Shown here one piece after another: positions 46,740 through 55,581 of a stretch of DNA of 64,000 nucleotides. The DNA is from a virus, in IMG/VR virus record IMGVR_UViG_3300025121_000002, positions 1-64,000 of that record, one strand, 5' to 3'. The notes beneath the pieces are model-generated. The model saw only the letters and a list, made by a program, of their open reading frames with translations. It was not told the DNA's origin and made no database searches. Numbering within the stretch: position 1 is the first letter of the stretch; every line of letters starts with the position of its first letter. The position numbers and the translations under genes were made by a program.

Positions 46740-49025
46740 TTAATCAATATTAAAAATACTTAATCTAGTTCTACTATCACCTGAACTAACATTTAATGTT
46801 GAACCATAATTGTGATATAATTGTAATTCAAAGTAGTCTCCAGTTACTCCGGTTAATATCCCTGAAACTCTCTGCATTTGGGGTATTGCTGGAGTTAAAA
46901 AATCCATGTATCTTGGTGATGCTATTCCATTTTTAAGAACTTTCATTGATGCATTCGTTGGATTATTTTCAAGCCAAATCCAAACATCAATAAAAAAACT
47001 TCCATTTCTTTTCAATCTTATCTTTCCATCACTTTCAATCATTCCATGTGTGTCTTTTATTTTTGTTGGAAAAATAACAGTTGTAAATGTACCATCAATT
47101 AATGAATTGCCACCTGTTGCAACATAATTAACTATTACTTTCTCACTCGCAGCTATTGTAGCTGGACCTGATTCTCTAATTATAAATATACCATTGGCAC
47201 TGGCATTGGAACTTAGCGTACCTCCTACTCCCATTGTAATTTTTAACATATCTCCAACATTCAAAGGCAATGCTGTATTAAGGAAAAAATCTGTTTGATC
47301 TCCTAATCTAAAGGACTTGACAATAGAATAAGATCCTCCGACAGGTTTGTATTGTAATTGTATAGTATCACTTGTCACAGCTGTATATTTTAATTGCGCT
47401 CCTATTCTATAATCGCCTGCAATTTGAGTTGTAAATTCTCCAGTAGAAGAATTATAAGAGGAGTGAGTATCCTTGACTTTTGTTTCATAAATTACAGTTC
47501 CACCAGAAGAAATTGTTTGTCCATTAGAACTAGAGTAAATTGTAGTGTTTACTCTTGTATCTGCTCCATCACTTAAAACTACATTAGAAGACCAACCAGC
47601 TACAGGAATAAAATTAGTATGAAATCTATATTCAGTTGAATCTTCAAATTGTGCATTTCCATCTACAGCTTGACAAGCGTCTTGTGCCGAACCATTATTT
47701 CTAATACCAAAAAACAAGGATTTATTAGAACCATTACTATATGTATTAATAATCCAATCAATATTTGAAGTACCATCTTTGTATAGAATTCCGATAGGTG
47801 TGTAGTCACCATCAATCCCTATTTTATCAAAAGTTACACTAGTGTCTGTTATTTTAGCAGCGGTTGCTGTGCAAGTACCTGTAGTAAACCATCCCATATA
47901 TTGAACGCTATCACCAACTCTTCTTTTATAAAATTTAGCAGATGATATTGTACCAAATCCCTCAGTTGTTGGTGTAAATTCTGTCCAATCTGTTGACGGA
48001 GTTCCAGTAACTACACCTTTACTATTAGCTACAACAACATTATCAAATATAAAATCAAAATTCAAAGCACTAGTAGTTGTAAAATGTATATACAATCTAT
48101 AGTTTGTACTAGTATTTGCGTTAGCTTGAAATTCTCCTTTATAACTTCCAGAACCATCAAATATATCTGGCGTTAAAGGAACTATAACATCGGCGTCTTG
48201 ATCACTAATAAAAGCTTTAACATCATTATTTACATAGCTAAAATTAGAAGTTACTTGATATAAAAAACTTAAGAAATGTGGTTTACTAGCATATCCTCTA
48301 GGAACAACAAAGTCATAATAATAACCTTCACCTTGAACAGATGTTGATCCAGTTTTAGCAATTTTAAATGATGCTATACCATCTAAAACTTCACCAGCGG
48401 TTGTTGTTCTAGTTAAAGCTAAATTACCACTAGGTGCTCCTCCAGGAGTTATTTCTGGTGTTGCTGCTGATGTTGTGTTTTTATATGCTGTCCAACTAGT
48501 TGTATCATATAACGCTTTACTATTTCTAATATAACTATCTTCTAAGTATTGACTAGTAAAAGTAGTACCATTATATTGTAATAAATCATAAGCAGCAGGA
48601 CTACCAACAACTAAATTATCAGTATCAATACTTTGAGTATTAATTGTTCCAAATATATATTTACCACCTACAGCTATCCATCTAGTAGTTCCACCATCGT
48701 TAGTACTTAATATAAAAGTATTATCATCAGTCTCAGAACTATTAGATTCATAACGATAGAATGATTCTGTTTCAACAACATAAATTAAATCAGGCTCAGA
48801 ATAACCAGTAGCTGCTTCAGCTAATGCTACTGTTGTGAAAGTATCTAAACCTCCACCACCTCCACCCAATGATACCCAACTTGTGGTATCTAAATCATAT
48901 CGCCAATATTCTTTAGCATAACTTCCTAATCCATCACTAGCCCATAACTGCATATCGACAGGATTTGATGGTGGATTGGTTGTTGGTTCAACTCGAATTC
49001 CTTTTTGATAAGTTCTAATACTCAT
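46740..49025 (-). CDS. large tail fibre / receptor-binding protein
   Basis: 761 aa, S/T/G/N-rich and beta-rich, followed by the chaperone. AAGGAG RBS. Confidence 0.55.
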   Translation of the reverse strand: MSIRTYQKGIRVEPTTNPPSNPVDMQLWASDGLGSYAKEYWRYDLDTTSWVSLGGGGGGLDTFTTVALAEAATGYSEPDLIYVVETESFYRYESNSSETDDNTFILSTNDGGTTRWIAVGGKYIFGTINTQSIDTDNLVVGSPAAYDLLQYNGTTFTSQYLEDSYIRNSKALYDTTSWTAYKNTTSAATPEITPGGAPSGNLALTRTTTAGEVLDGIASFKIAKTGSTSVQGEGYYYDFVVPRGYASKPHFLSFLYQVTSNFSYVNNDVKAFISDQDADVIVPLTPDIFDGSGSYKGEFQANANTSTNYRLYIHFTTTSALNFDFIFDNVVVANSKGVVTGTPSTDWTEFTPTTEGFGTISSAKFYKRRVGDSVQYMGWFTTGTCTATAAKITDTSVTFDKIGIDGDYTPIGILYKDGTSNIDWIINTYSNGSNKSLFFGIRNNGSAQDACQAVDGNAQFEDSTEYRFHTNFIPVAGWSSNVVLSDGADTRVNTTIYSSSNGQTISSGGTVIYETKVKDTHSSYNSSTGEFTTQIAGDYRIGAQLKYTAVTSDTIQLQYKPVGGSYSIVKSFRLGDQTDFFLNTALPLNVGDMLKITMGVGGTLSSNASANGIFIIRESGPATIAASEKVIVNYVATGGNSLIDGTFTTVIFPTKIKDTHGMIESDGKIRLKRNGSFFIDVWIWLENNPTNASMKVLKNGIASPRYMDFLTPAIPQMQRVSGILTGVTGDYFELQLYHNYGSTLNVSSGDSRTRLSIFNID

Positions 49026-49088
49026 TTTTTCTCCTTTTTTATATCAGTTTCACAGGAAGTGGAGTACTTCATTGGTTTATACCAAAGG

Positions 49089-49718
49089 TTATTCCTGATA
49101 TTTATTACTTTTTCTTAAATTATCTATAGCAAATAATGGTTGTAAATTAGTATAGTGAAAACATTTCTTCTGTTCTTCTTCATTTGTTAAATCAAATTTA
49201 CTAATTGGTTTAATATGATCTATATGCCAAACTATTCCTCTATTTTCCCATGTCATCCCTTCCTTAAATTGTTTTTCTAAATATATTTTTAATTCTTCAA
49301 TTGTACATCCAACCAATTCCATAGTTTTTTTATATTTTCTAGTACCTTTTAAAACTTTATTTATTTTTGTACGAATTAACCACATAAATCTATATTCAGG
49401 ATCAGAATGATATCTTTGGTTAACATATCTTCTCTTATAATCTCTAACCTTCTCTATATTATTTAATCGCCAATTTTTATTTCTTATTTTTATTTTATCT
49501 TTATTTTTTAAATATCTCTCATGACTTTTAATCTTTTTTTCTTCTTCAGTCAATTTAATTTTTTCTTTTTTTGGTTTTCTATTTTTTTCTAAATAAATTT
49601 TCCTTTCTATTTTTCTACATTCTTTACAATCATTTCTTAAACCATCTTTGGATGAAGTTTTTTTACCAAATTCATTTAACTCTTTATCTTTTTTACATTT
49701 TGTACAAATTTTTCCCAT
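49089..49718 (-). CDS. free-standing HNH endonuclease with Zn-finger N-terminus
   Basis: CTKCKK...CKECRK N-terminus. HNH core WHIDHIKPIS...NLQPLFAIDNLRKSNK. Confidence 0.8.
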   Translation of the reverse strand: MGKICTKCKKDKELNEFGKKTSSKDGLRNDCKECRKIERKIYLEKNRKPKKEKIKLTEEEKKIKSHERYLKNKDKIKIRNKNWRLNNIEKVRDYKRRYVNQRYHSDPEYRFMWLIRTKINKVLKGTRKYKKTMELVGCTIEELKIYLEKQFKEGMTWENRGIVWHIDHIKPISKFDLTNEEEQKKCFHYTNLQPLFAIDNLRKSNKYQE

Positions 49719-49727
49719 TTTTATCTC

Positions 49728-51332
49728 TTAATCCAAATATATACTAGTAGCAAAATATTTAATAAATGCAGAACTAAATCCGGCAAAGTTCGGACTTGAA
49801 TAAGTTACTTGACCAGCAGACACATCAAATGTAATTCCTGATACATCACCAGAATGGTTGGCATCTAAAACCCATGTACCATTTTTATTAACTAAATTTA
49901 ATTTAAACATTTGATAATAATCAACAGTAGCATCAACGAAAACATATGCTAGTATTTCAACACAATGAGTATCAACATGAAAATTCATACCTAATACGTT
50001 AGTGTTTGTTTGATTATTTTGTAAATTAGCTACTCCAGTTTTTTGTTTTGCATATTTCCAAGTTTGTGTTCCTGAGATTTCTGGATTAGTATAAGTTTTA
50101 TTTGTTAATTCTTGAGTATCACTTGTTCCTACAATACTTCCTGTTACACCATGAACACCACTTGAAGGATCATCAACTTCAGCACCGTGTTCAAAGTTAG
50201 TAAAAGTATTATTATCAGCATCCATAGTTTTATTTGTTAAAGTTTGGTTATCATCTTTACCAACTATGTCTGAGGTAGTTCCATGTGTTGTTGTATCTAA
50301 AATGTGATTATTCAAATCACTTGCAACAGTTCCAGTATTACCAGATACTGTAGCAATTGCTGCATCTAAATCATCTAACACATCTTGTACGTTAGAAGAA
50401 TTACTATATGTAAATTCATCTATTGTACTTATAGCTGAAGCATCATGAGCATCTGTTACATTAGTTATGTGATTGCTTAAATTAGTTCCAACGGTACTTA
50501 CAGCACCTTCAGCGGTTTCTAACCTTCCCTCAACCTCATCTATAGCATCTTGTACATCGGTCGCTACAAGCCCAGAAACAGCGTTATCGTAGGTTATCTC
50601 ACTAGCTTGGTCATGATTAGCAATAGCATCGTTGATCGCTTTATAGATACAAGCGGACGTTGCTATATGGGTTTCATTGTTAATCAACCCTGTCGTTGCT
50701 GTATCCAATATACTACTCTTTATATTTGTAGTATTTATATTACTAATTGTGCTGTTATCAGCATTTATAGTTTTGTTAGTTAATGTTTGGTTATCGTCTT
50801 TACCAACAATATCACTAGTTACACCATGTGTTGTCTTATCTAATTCATGATTTGAAAGATCTGTTGCTACGTTACCTATGTTTGTTTCTGCTGTACCTAG
50901 TCTTCCTTCAACTTCATCTATTGCAGCTTGAACATCTGTGGCTACTAATCCAGAAACTGCATTATCATAAGATATTTCACTAGCTTGATCTTTTGTTGCA
51001 ATAGCATCAGCTAAAGCTTTGTAAATAGAAGCTGATGTTGCTAAATGTGTTTCGTTGTTGATTAGACCTGTTGTTGCTGTGTCTAATATTGAAGTCTTTA
51101 TGTTTGTGGTATTTATGTTAGTTATTGTACTAGTATCAGCATTTATTGTTTTATTTGTTAGTGTTTGAGTTTGTGTATCGGTAATTATTTCTCTATCAGC
51201 ACCATTTATATGTACTTTTATCTTTTCATTATTTTGATTATAAAGATTACCTTCAGAAGATTTATCATATGTTCTAGACGTTAGTTCTTTAACTAATATA
51301 ATACCTTTAATCCATGCCCATGCTTTTTTCAT
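49728..51332 (-). CDS. tail fibre protein with two repeats of about 115 aa and the shared C-terminal module
   Basis: Duplicated (T/N)QTLTNKTINAD..T..NINTTNIK.SILDTATTGLINNETH..YDNAVSGLVATDVQ.AIDEVEGRL. C-terminus GITFDVSAGQVTYSSPNFAGF. Confidence 0.6.
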   Translation of the reverse strand: MKKAWAWIKGIILVKELTSRTYDKSSEGNLYNQNNEKIKVHINGADREIITDTQTQTLTNKTINADTSTITNINTTNIKTSILDTATTGLINNETHLATSASIYKALADAIATKDQASEISYDNAVSGLVATDVQAAIDEVEGRLGTAETNIGNVATDLSNHELDKTTHGVTSDIVGKDDNQTLTNKTINADNSTISNINTTNIKSSILDTATTGLINNETHIATSACIYKAINDAIANHDQASEITYDNAVSGLVATDVQDAIDEVEGRLETAEGAVSTVGTNLSNHITNVTDAHDASAISTIDEFTYSNSSNVQDVLDDLDAAIATVSGNTGTVASDLNNHILDTTTHGTTSDIVGKDDNQTLTNKTMDADNNTFTNFEHGAEVDDPSSGVHGVTGSIVGTSDTQELTNKTYTNPEISGTQTWKYAKQKTGVANLQNNQTNTNVLGMNFHVDTHCVEILAYVFVDATVDYYQMFKLNLVNKNGTWVLDANHSGDVSGITFDVSAGQVTYSSPNFAGFSSAFIKYFATSIYLD

Positions 51333-51353
51333 TATGTAATTCCTTTAAATGTA

Positions 51354-52022
51354 TTATACTGAAATTATTGATTTGGCAAAAAACTTTAATAAAGAAGCGT
51401 GAGATCCAACTTCTCCACTTAAAACTTCTGGATTATAGGTTATTGTACCAGAAGAATTTATATCAAATTCAACCTTAGCATCACCTAATCTTCTTTGGGC
51501 TAATACCCAACCTTGAAGTGAGTAGTTTCCAGAAAGGACACCACTCTCTACTAATTCAATATCAAACTTACCACCAACATCAGAACCATTAAATGTTGAA
51601 AGAATACTAAAAGATGTTGCATTTATTCTAGTAATAACAAATGTACTGTCTATGTTTGAAGTATCTGTTATTGTTACAGTATCACCGTTGTTTAGATTGT
51701 GATTATATGAAAGTACCACAATTGTGGTAACTCCATTACCAGTATAGGAAGTTATTTCTTTAGTAATCCGTCTTGATATGTTATATGGAGCTTCAAATGA
51801 TCTAACTGTTGAAGAATTGAAATGGAATGTTATTATTTCTTTAGCTCCAGAAGTATTTAGTATTGTTTCTGAAGTTTCAATAATGTCATCTGGACCTTGG
51901 AGTGTATTTAATGCATCAATAATTGCATTTATTATATCAGCTTGTTCCTCACCCCAAGGAGCATTCTCACCTTGAAGTGGTAGGTTATAAGTCTTATTAT
52001 TAATATATACGATTTTAGACAT
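51354..52022 (-). CDS. structural protein carrying the shared C-terminal module
   Basis: KVEFDINSSGTITYNPEVLSG...LLKFFAKSI. AAGGA RBS, preceded by the late motif. Confidence 0.5.
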   Translation of the reverse strand: MSKIVYINNKTYNLPLQGENAPWGEEQADIINAIIDALNTLQGPDDIIETSETILNTSGAKEIITFHFNSSTVRSFEAPYNISRRITKEITSYTGNGVTTIVVLSYNHNLNNGDTVTITDTSNIDSTFVITRINATSFSILSTFNGSDVGGKFDIELVESGVLSGNYSLQGWVLAQRRLGDAKVEFDINSSGTITYNPEVLSGEVGSHASLLKFFAKSIISV

Positions 52023-52046
52023 TTGTTTTCCTTGATGTTATTATAT

Positions 52047-52063
52047 ACATTAATACTTGATAA
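52047..52063 (-). promoter_or_regulatory. late-promoter-like 17-mer TTATCAAGTATTAATGT
   Basis: Exact copy, 24 nt upstream of the ATG at 52022. Confidence 0.55.
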
Positions 52064-52089
52064 GATTAAATAAATACTGGAAATTAGAT

Positions 52090-52128
52090 AAAAAAAAGGG
52101 AGAGCAGAACGCCCCCCCCCCCCCCCCC
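52090..52128 (-). terminator. capsid-gene terminator whose 5' arm is a G17 homopolymer
   Basis: Minus sense: G17 (52128-52112), CGTTCTG, CTCTCCC, T8. G-run/CTCTCCC pairing needs two G.U pairs. Confidence 0.55.
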
Positions 52129-52155
52129 TAAAGGTAGGATAACTGTTTGTTATAA

Positions 52156-53244
52156 TTAGTTAACGATACCAGTGAATACGATATTGCGTCCTAAAGCATT
52201 ACAGAAAATTGCTAAGTCACAATAAGTACGATATTCAATACCGTTTTGATTTTCAAGAACAATTAACATTTCTTCATTTTTTCCTGGAAGATTGAAAGTA
52301 ATATCAGAAGATCCAACTCTTTCAAAAGATTCAAGGTCAAGTCCGAAAGCTATTCCTTCTTTAACATAAGTACAGCTAATGATTTCAATCAAACCATTTT
52401 GGCTATGAAATACGATAGTTTGTGAACCATTCTCATATTTCTTGACATCATAAGACTCATCAAATAGTCTTTTTGCTGTTTGTTCATTTAACAAATCAGA
52501 CCATGTTTTAGGATTAACGAAAAGAGAAATCTTTCCTTCAAGTCCTTTAGCTACTGCATCAGCAATACCATCAGAAATTTTTTCGAATGATAAAGCTCCA
52601 CCTACTGGATAAACGTTACCTGTCCATAAGCTGTAATCAGTAGAAACACCAAAAATGTTACCAGTAGTAGTTGTTAACATTTTATAGATACCCATAAATT
52701 CGTTACCCTTAGCACCATGCTCATAAATAACTAGTTCATCACCAGCTAATTTAGAAGCTTTCAAAGTAGCTAAGTTATCACCTACAGCAGAAGCCATATC
52801 AACATAAAGTCTTTTGTTTCTGATATCAACTTTAGTAATTTTGATAATAGTAGTGTTCATTGCTGAATCAGTTAGATTATAAATATCTAACTTCATTTTC
52901 TCACCACCAACCCAAATTCCAGGTGCCCATTCAGCTACTGTAATATCAAAATAAGCAGAAGCATCATCAACAACACTTATAGTAGCCAATCCAGATTGAC
53001 CATAGAAACATTGGTATTCATGCTTCTTATAAGTTGAATTTAAAAGGTTACGAACAACATGTTTTGTTGCTTTACCGTAAGCAGCAGCATCATTAATGGA
53101 ACGTGAAATAGCTGCGAATGATAATTGGGCTTTCAATATCATTTCACAACCTTTTACTGTTGCTTCTTTAGTAGCTCCTGAAATTGCATCTTTTAAAGTT
53201 ACAATTTCTCCAGAATCACCGTTGTAAGAAACTCCGTGCTCTAA
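52156..53244 (-). CDS. major capsid protein, exon 2
   Basis: 362 codons starting LEHGVSYNG... The ATG used by the ORF track (53247-53245) is the last 3 nt of the intron. Lies between the scaffold and fibre genes and is followed by a terminator. Confidence 0.7.
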   Translation of the reverse strand, partial: LEHGVSYNGDSGEIVTLKDAISGATKEATVKGCEMILKAQLSFAAISRSINDAAAYGKATKHVVRNLLNSTYKKHEYQCFYGQSGLATISVVDDASAYFDITVAEWAPGIWVGGEKMKLDIYNLTDSAMNTTIIKITKVDIRNKRLYVDMASAVGDNLATLKASKLAGDELVIYEHGAKGNEFMGIYKMLTTTTGNIFGVSTDYSLWTGNVYPVGGALSFEKISDGIADAVAKGLEGKISLFVNPKTWSDLLNEQTAKRLFDESYDVKKYENGSQTIVFHSQNGLIEIISCTYVKEGIAFGLDLESFERVGSSDITFNLPGKNEEMLIVLENQNGIEYRTYCDLAIFCNALGRNIVFTGIVN

Positions 53245-54123
53245 CATATTGTTATTACTAGCTTTTGATGCTAGTAAGTTTGAGTAATCAAACTCTCAGT
53301 TTTATCTATTTTATAACTGAGATCAGAAACAACTTGAATTTTATAAAGCATATCAGGATGAATATAATCTTTTATTAAATTAATAAATCTTTCTTTATCT
53401 TCTTTTTTTCCAATTCTAATATAAGGATAAAAATTATGTTCAAGATATACTTTACTATGAATATTAAATTTTTCTAATAATAAATTAGAAAGTTTAATAA
53501 CATCTTCTTTTGGAAATCCACCTAAAGAAAATTTAAAAGCTTTTAGTTTTCCTTTATGACTTTCTTTTGAACCATCGTCCATAAAAAGTATAGCTAAAGA
53601 AATTTCATTAAAATGTTTTAGAACATAATCAGTTATTCTTTTTTTACCATCAACAATCATTCTATAATATAAAGAAGTAAATTTATGATGTACAGTTGTC
53701 CAAAATCTATAAAAATTTTGTCTTTTTCCCGAAGGTGATGTCATAGATTTAGCTAAACACATTTTACTTCCAACACCATATTCTGTTGATATCAAATCTA
53801 ATTTCCATTTACCATAATCTTTTTGTTTCTCACAATGACCAAAAAGTATATGTTTATTTTTTTTTCCAGCAAAAGAAGAATCTCCTAACAATGTCCCTAT
53901 TAAAAACGCTTTTTTATTTTTCTTTAATTCCAACATTCGAACTCCCTATTGGGTTTCTTTTATTTTTTCAAGTTGACTTTCGCATCTTCTTTCGAAGTCC
54001 TTTCGTTAAGTCGTTCAGGCTGGTTTTACCCTTGCCCCTTGTTACCTTTATTATATTATAGAAAGGCTTCCAAGTCAATTAGAAAGGATTTTACTTGGGC
54101 TTAGATTGCACTATCTATTGTTA
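53245..54123 (-). mobile_element. group I intron (879 nt) with embedded LAGLIDADG ORF
   Basis: P1: exon UUGGGU with intron GCCCAA (54095-54100), U.G at the splice site. P10: UCUAA (54101-54105) with exon-2 UUAGA. Terminal G at 53245. 8-bp hairpin UUACUAGC/GCUAGUAA before the 3' splice site. Confidence 0.8.
53271..53936 (-). CDS. LAGLIDADG homing endonuclease (two-motif)
   Basis: LIGTLLGDSS and LAILFMDDGS motifs about 100 aa apart. Located inside the intron. Confidence 0.8.
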   Translation of the reverse strand: MLELKKNKKAFLIGTLLGDSSFAGKKNKHILFGHCEKQKDYGKWKLDLISTEYGVGSKMCLAKSMTSPSGKRQNFYRFWTTVHHKFTSLYYRMIVDGKKRITDYVLKHFNEISLAILFMDDGSKESHKGKLKAFKFSLGGFPKEDVIKLSNLLLEKFNIHSKVYLEHNFYPYIRIGKKEDKERFINLIKDYIHPDMLYKIQVVSDLSYKIDKTESLITQTY

Positions 54124-54291
54124 ACCCAAATTAATCGTATTCTTGTATTCCAATCCCATTCTTTTATTAGGTGATACGAAAGGTATCATCTTAGAAATCT
54201 TAACACCTTCTGGTATTAAATCAGTTAATTCGCCATAAATGGATTTATGAAAACCATTTAGAGCTGCCATATCATTATGATTATAAGACAT
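54124..54291 (-). CDS. major capsid protein, exon 1 (56 codons)
   Basis: AAGGAG RBS 7 nt before the ATG at 54291. MSYNHNDMAALNGFHKSIYGELTDLIPEGVKISKMIPFVSPNKRMGLEYKNTINLG. An unspliced reading hits TAA immediately after the splice site. Confidence 0.75.
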
Positions 54292-54321
54292 ATAGAAACT
54301 CCTTAATTTATTTAAAAAATA

Positions 54322-54346
54322 TCATTTATAGACTACCTATAAATGA
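54322..54346 (-). promoter_or_regulatory. perfect 10-bp hairpin in the capsid 5' leader
   Basis: TCATTTATAG-5 nt-CTATAAATGA, followed (minus sense) by TATTTTTT and then the RBS. Confidence 0.5.
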
Positions 54347-54447
54347 AAAACCTACTTTGTTTGTTAATTACTCTTTTTCTATTTCTGGTATTTCATAATC
54401 CATCGTTGGGTATATGAAAATCATAATAAATACTAAAATAATAACCC

Positions 54448-54464
54448 ACATAAGTACTTGATAA
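54448..54464 (-). promoter_or_regulatory. late-promoter-like motif variant TTATCAAGTACTTATGT
   Basis: 15/17 match. 156 nt upstream of the capsid ATG, just after the scaffold terminator. Confidence 0.4.
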
Positions 54465-54487
54465 TTATGTTGTACTAAGATAACAAA

Positions 54488-54512
54488 GGGTTACCTATTA
54501 GCTAGGTAACCT
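54488..54512 (-). terminator. hairpin terminator after the scaffold gene
   Basis: GGTTACCT / AGGTAACC 8-bp stem with a 7-nt loop, then TTTGTTATCTT on the minus strand. Confidence 0.55.
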
Positions 54513-54522
54513 GTTTAAATTA

Positions 54523-55473
54523 TTATATTTTACTCCAAAAATCTTTTTGTTCTATCGTTTTAAATTTTCGGTCAATAACTTCTTTATTTGGTTTACTTCC
54601 AGTATCCTTTATACTATTACTAGTTGGTGGTGCTTCTTTTTTAACTGGTTCAGCTTTCTTTCTTTTCTTTATTATTTGTCCAACTTTATCTTCACCCAAC
54701 AATTTTTCAATAACTTCTAAAGGCATTACACTAGCTATCGATTTGATTTCATTTAGTATTTGATCTTTAACCAAAGGAACGATATCATTAAAACTAACAT
54801 CAATATTATTCTTCAATGCTATTCTCATATATCCAGTCATTCTATTAATAATCTCAGGATTCATTGGTAATTGATTCTTTTCAATAGCAGCCATCAAATC
54901 TCTTTGATATTCAGCAGCATATCTATCTTGTAGTGCTTTCATTTCAATTTCTTCAGCACGTTTTTTAGCTTTCTGTTCTTCTTCTTCCTTTTGTCTAAGC
55001 TTTTCTTGAAGTTCCATTAACTCTCTATCTTTTGGATCTAGTTGAGCTTTCTCTAATTTGTCATTCATTATCTTTTCAGAAAGTCCATCAATATCAATAC
55101 CCATTTTACGTAAAGCATTAGCTGTATCTTTTTGTAAATAGTTAAAGAAGTCTTGTAAATCCTTTTGTACCTTAGCATCTTTCTTTTCTAGTTCAGCAGC
55201 TTTTTGTGCTCTTTTCTGTGACATTTCAGCAAGTTGAACCATTCTAATTAGTTCTTCTTCGTTAGCTAAGTCAATTTGTTTTTCAATTTCTTTACCATCA
55301 ACTTTAATGTTTAACTTTTTTAAAGTTGACTTAACTGCGTCTTTCATTTCAGGACTAGCTTCTGCTGGTTGTTCTGGTGCAGCTTCAACATTACCTTCTT
55401 CTGGTTGTACAACAGCTTCTACATTTTCTGCTGGTGCTTCTTGTGATGGTTGTTCTTGTGTTACTTCAGCCAT
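54523..55473 (-). CDS. scaffolding protein
   Basis: A/E/K/Q-rich helical protein between portal and capsid. ATG 55473 has an AAGGA RBS; the track start 55494 has none. Confidence 0.5.
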   Translation of the reverse strand: MAEVTQEQPSQEAPAENVEAVVQPEEGNVEAAPEQPAEASPEMKDAVKSTLKKLNIKVDGKEIEKQIDLANEEELIRMVQLAEMSQKRAQKAAELEKKDAKVQKDLQDFFNYLQKDTANALRKMGIDIDGLSEKIMNDKLEKAQLDPKDRELMELQEKLRQKEEEEQKAKKRAEEIEMKALQDRYAAEYQRDLMAAIEKNQLPMNPEIINRMTGYMRIALKNNIDVSFNDIVPLVKDQILNEIKSIASVMPLEVIEKLLGEDKVGQIIKKRKKAEPVKKEAPPTSNSIKDTGSKPNKEVIDRKFKTIEQKDFWSKI

Positions 55474-55581
55474 AAATTTTCCTTTGTTTACCATCCATAT
55501 AGGATAGGTGTATTATTTTCTCCATCGATAGTGATAGGAGAATGACGAGTAAATCTTTCGAAAAACTCGTCAAAATGTATA

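Noticed and set aside
42839-51332. Diversity-generating retroelement acting on the repetitive fibre genes.
   Set aside because: No reverse transcriptase ORF and no template/variable repeat pair with adenine-specific mismatches is visible. The repeats are in-frame shaft duplications.
52112-52128. The poly-C tract as a contig end or a simple assembly join.
   Set aside because: The flanks form a coherent stop codon, terminator, promoter-motif and next-gene arrangement, so the tract is reported as a finding rather than dismissed. An artefactual tract length cannot be excluded without reads.
54367-54450. A 27-aa hydrophobic minus-strand ORF in the capsid leader (MWVIILVFIMIFIYPTMDYEIPEIEKE).
   Set aside because: It is very short, its ATG overlaps the late-motif variant and it has no convincing RBS. 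It is more likely part of an untranslated leader.
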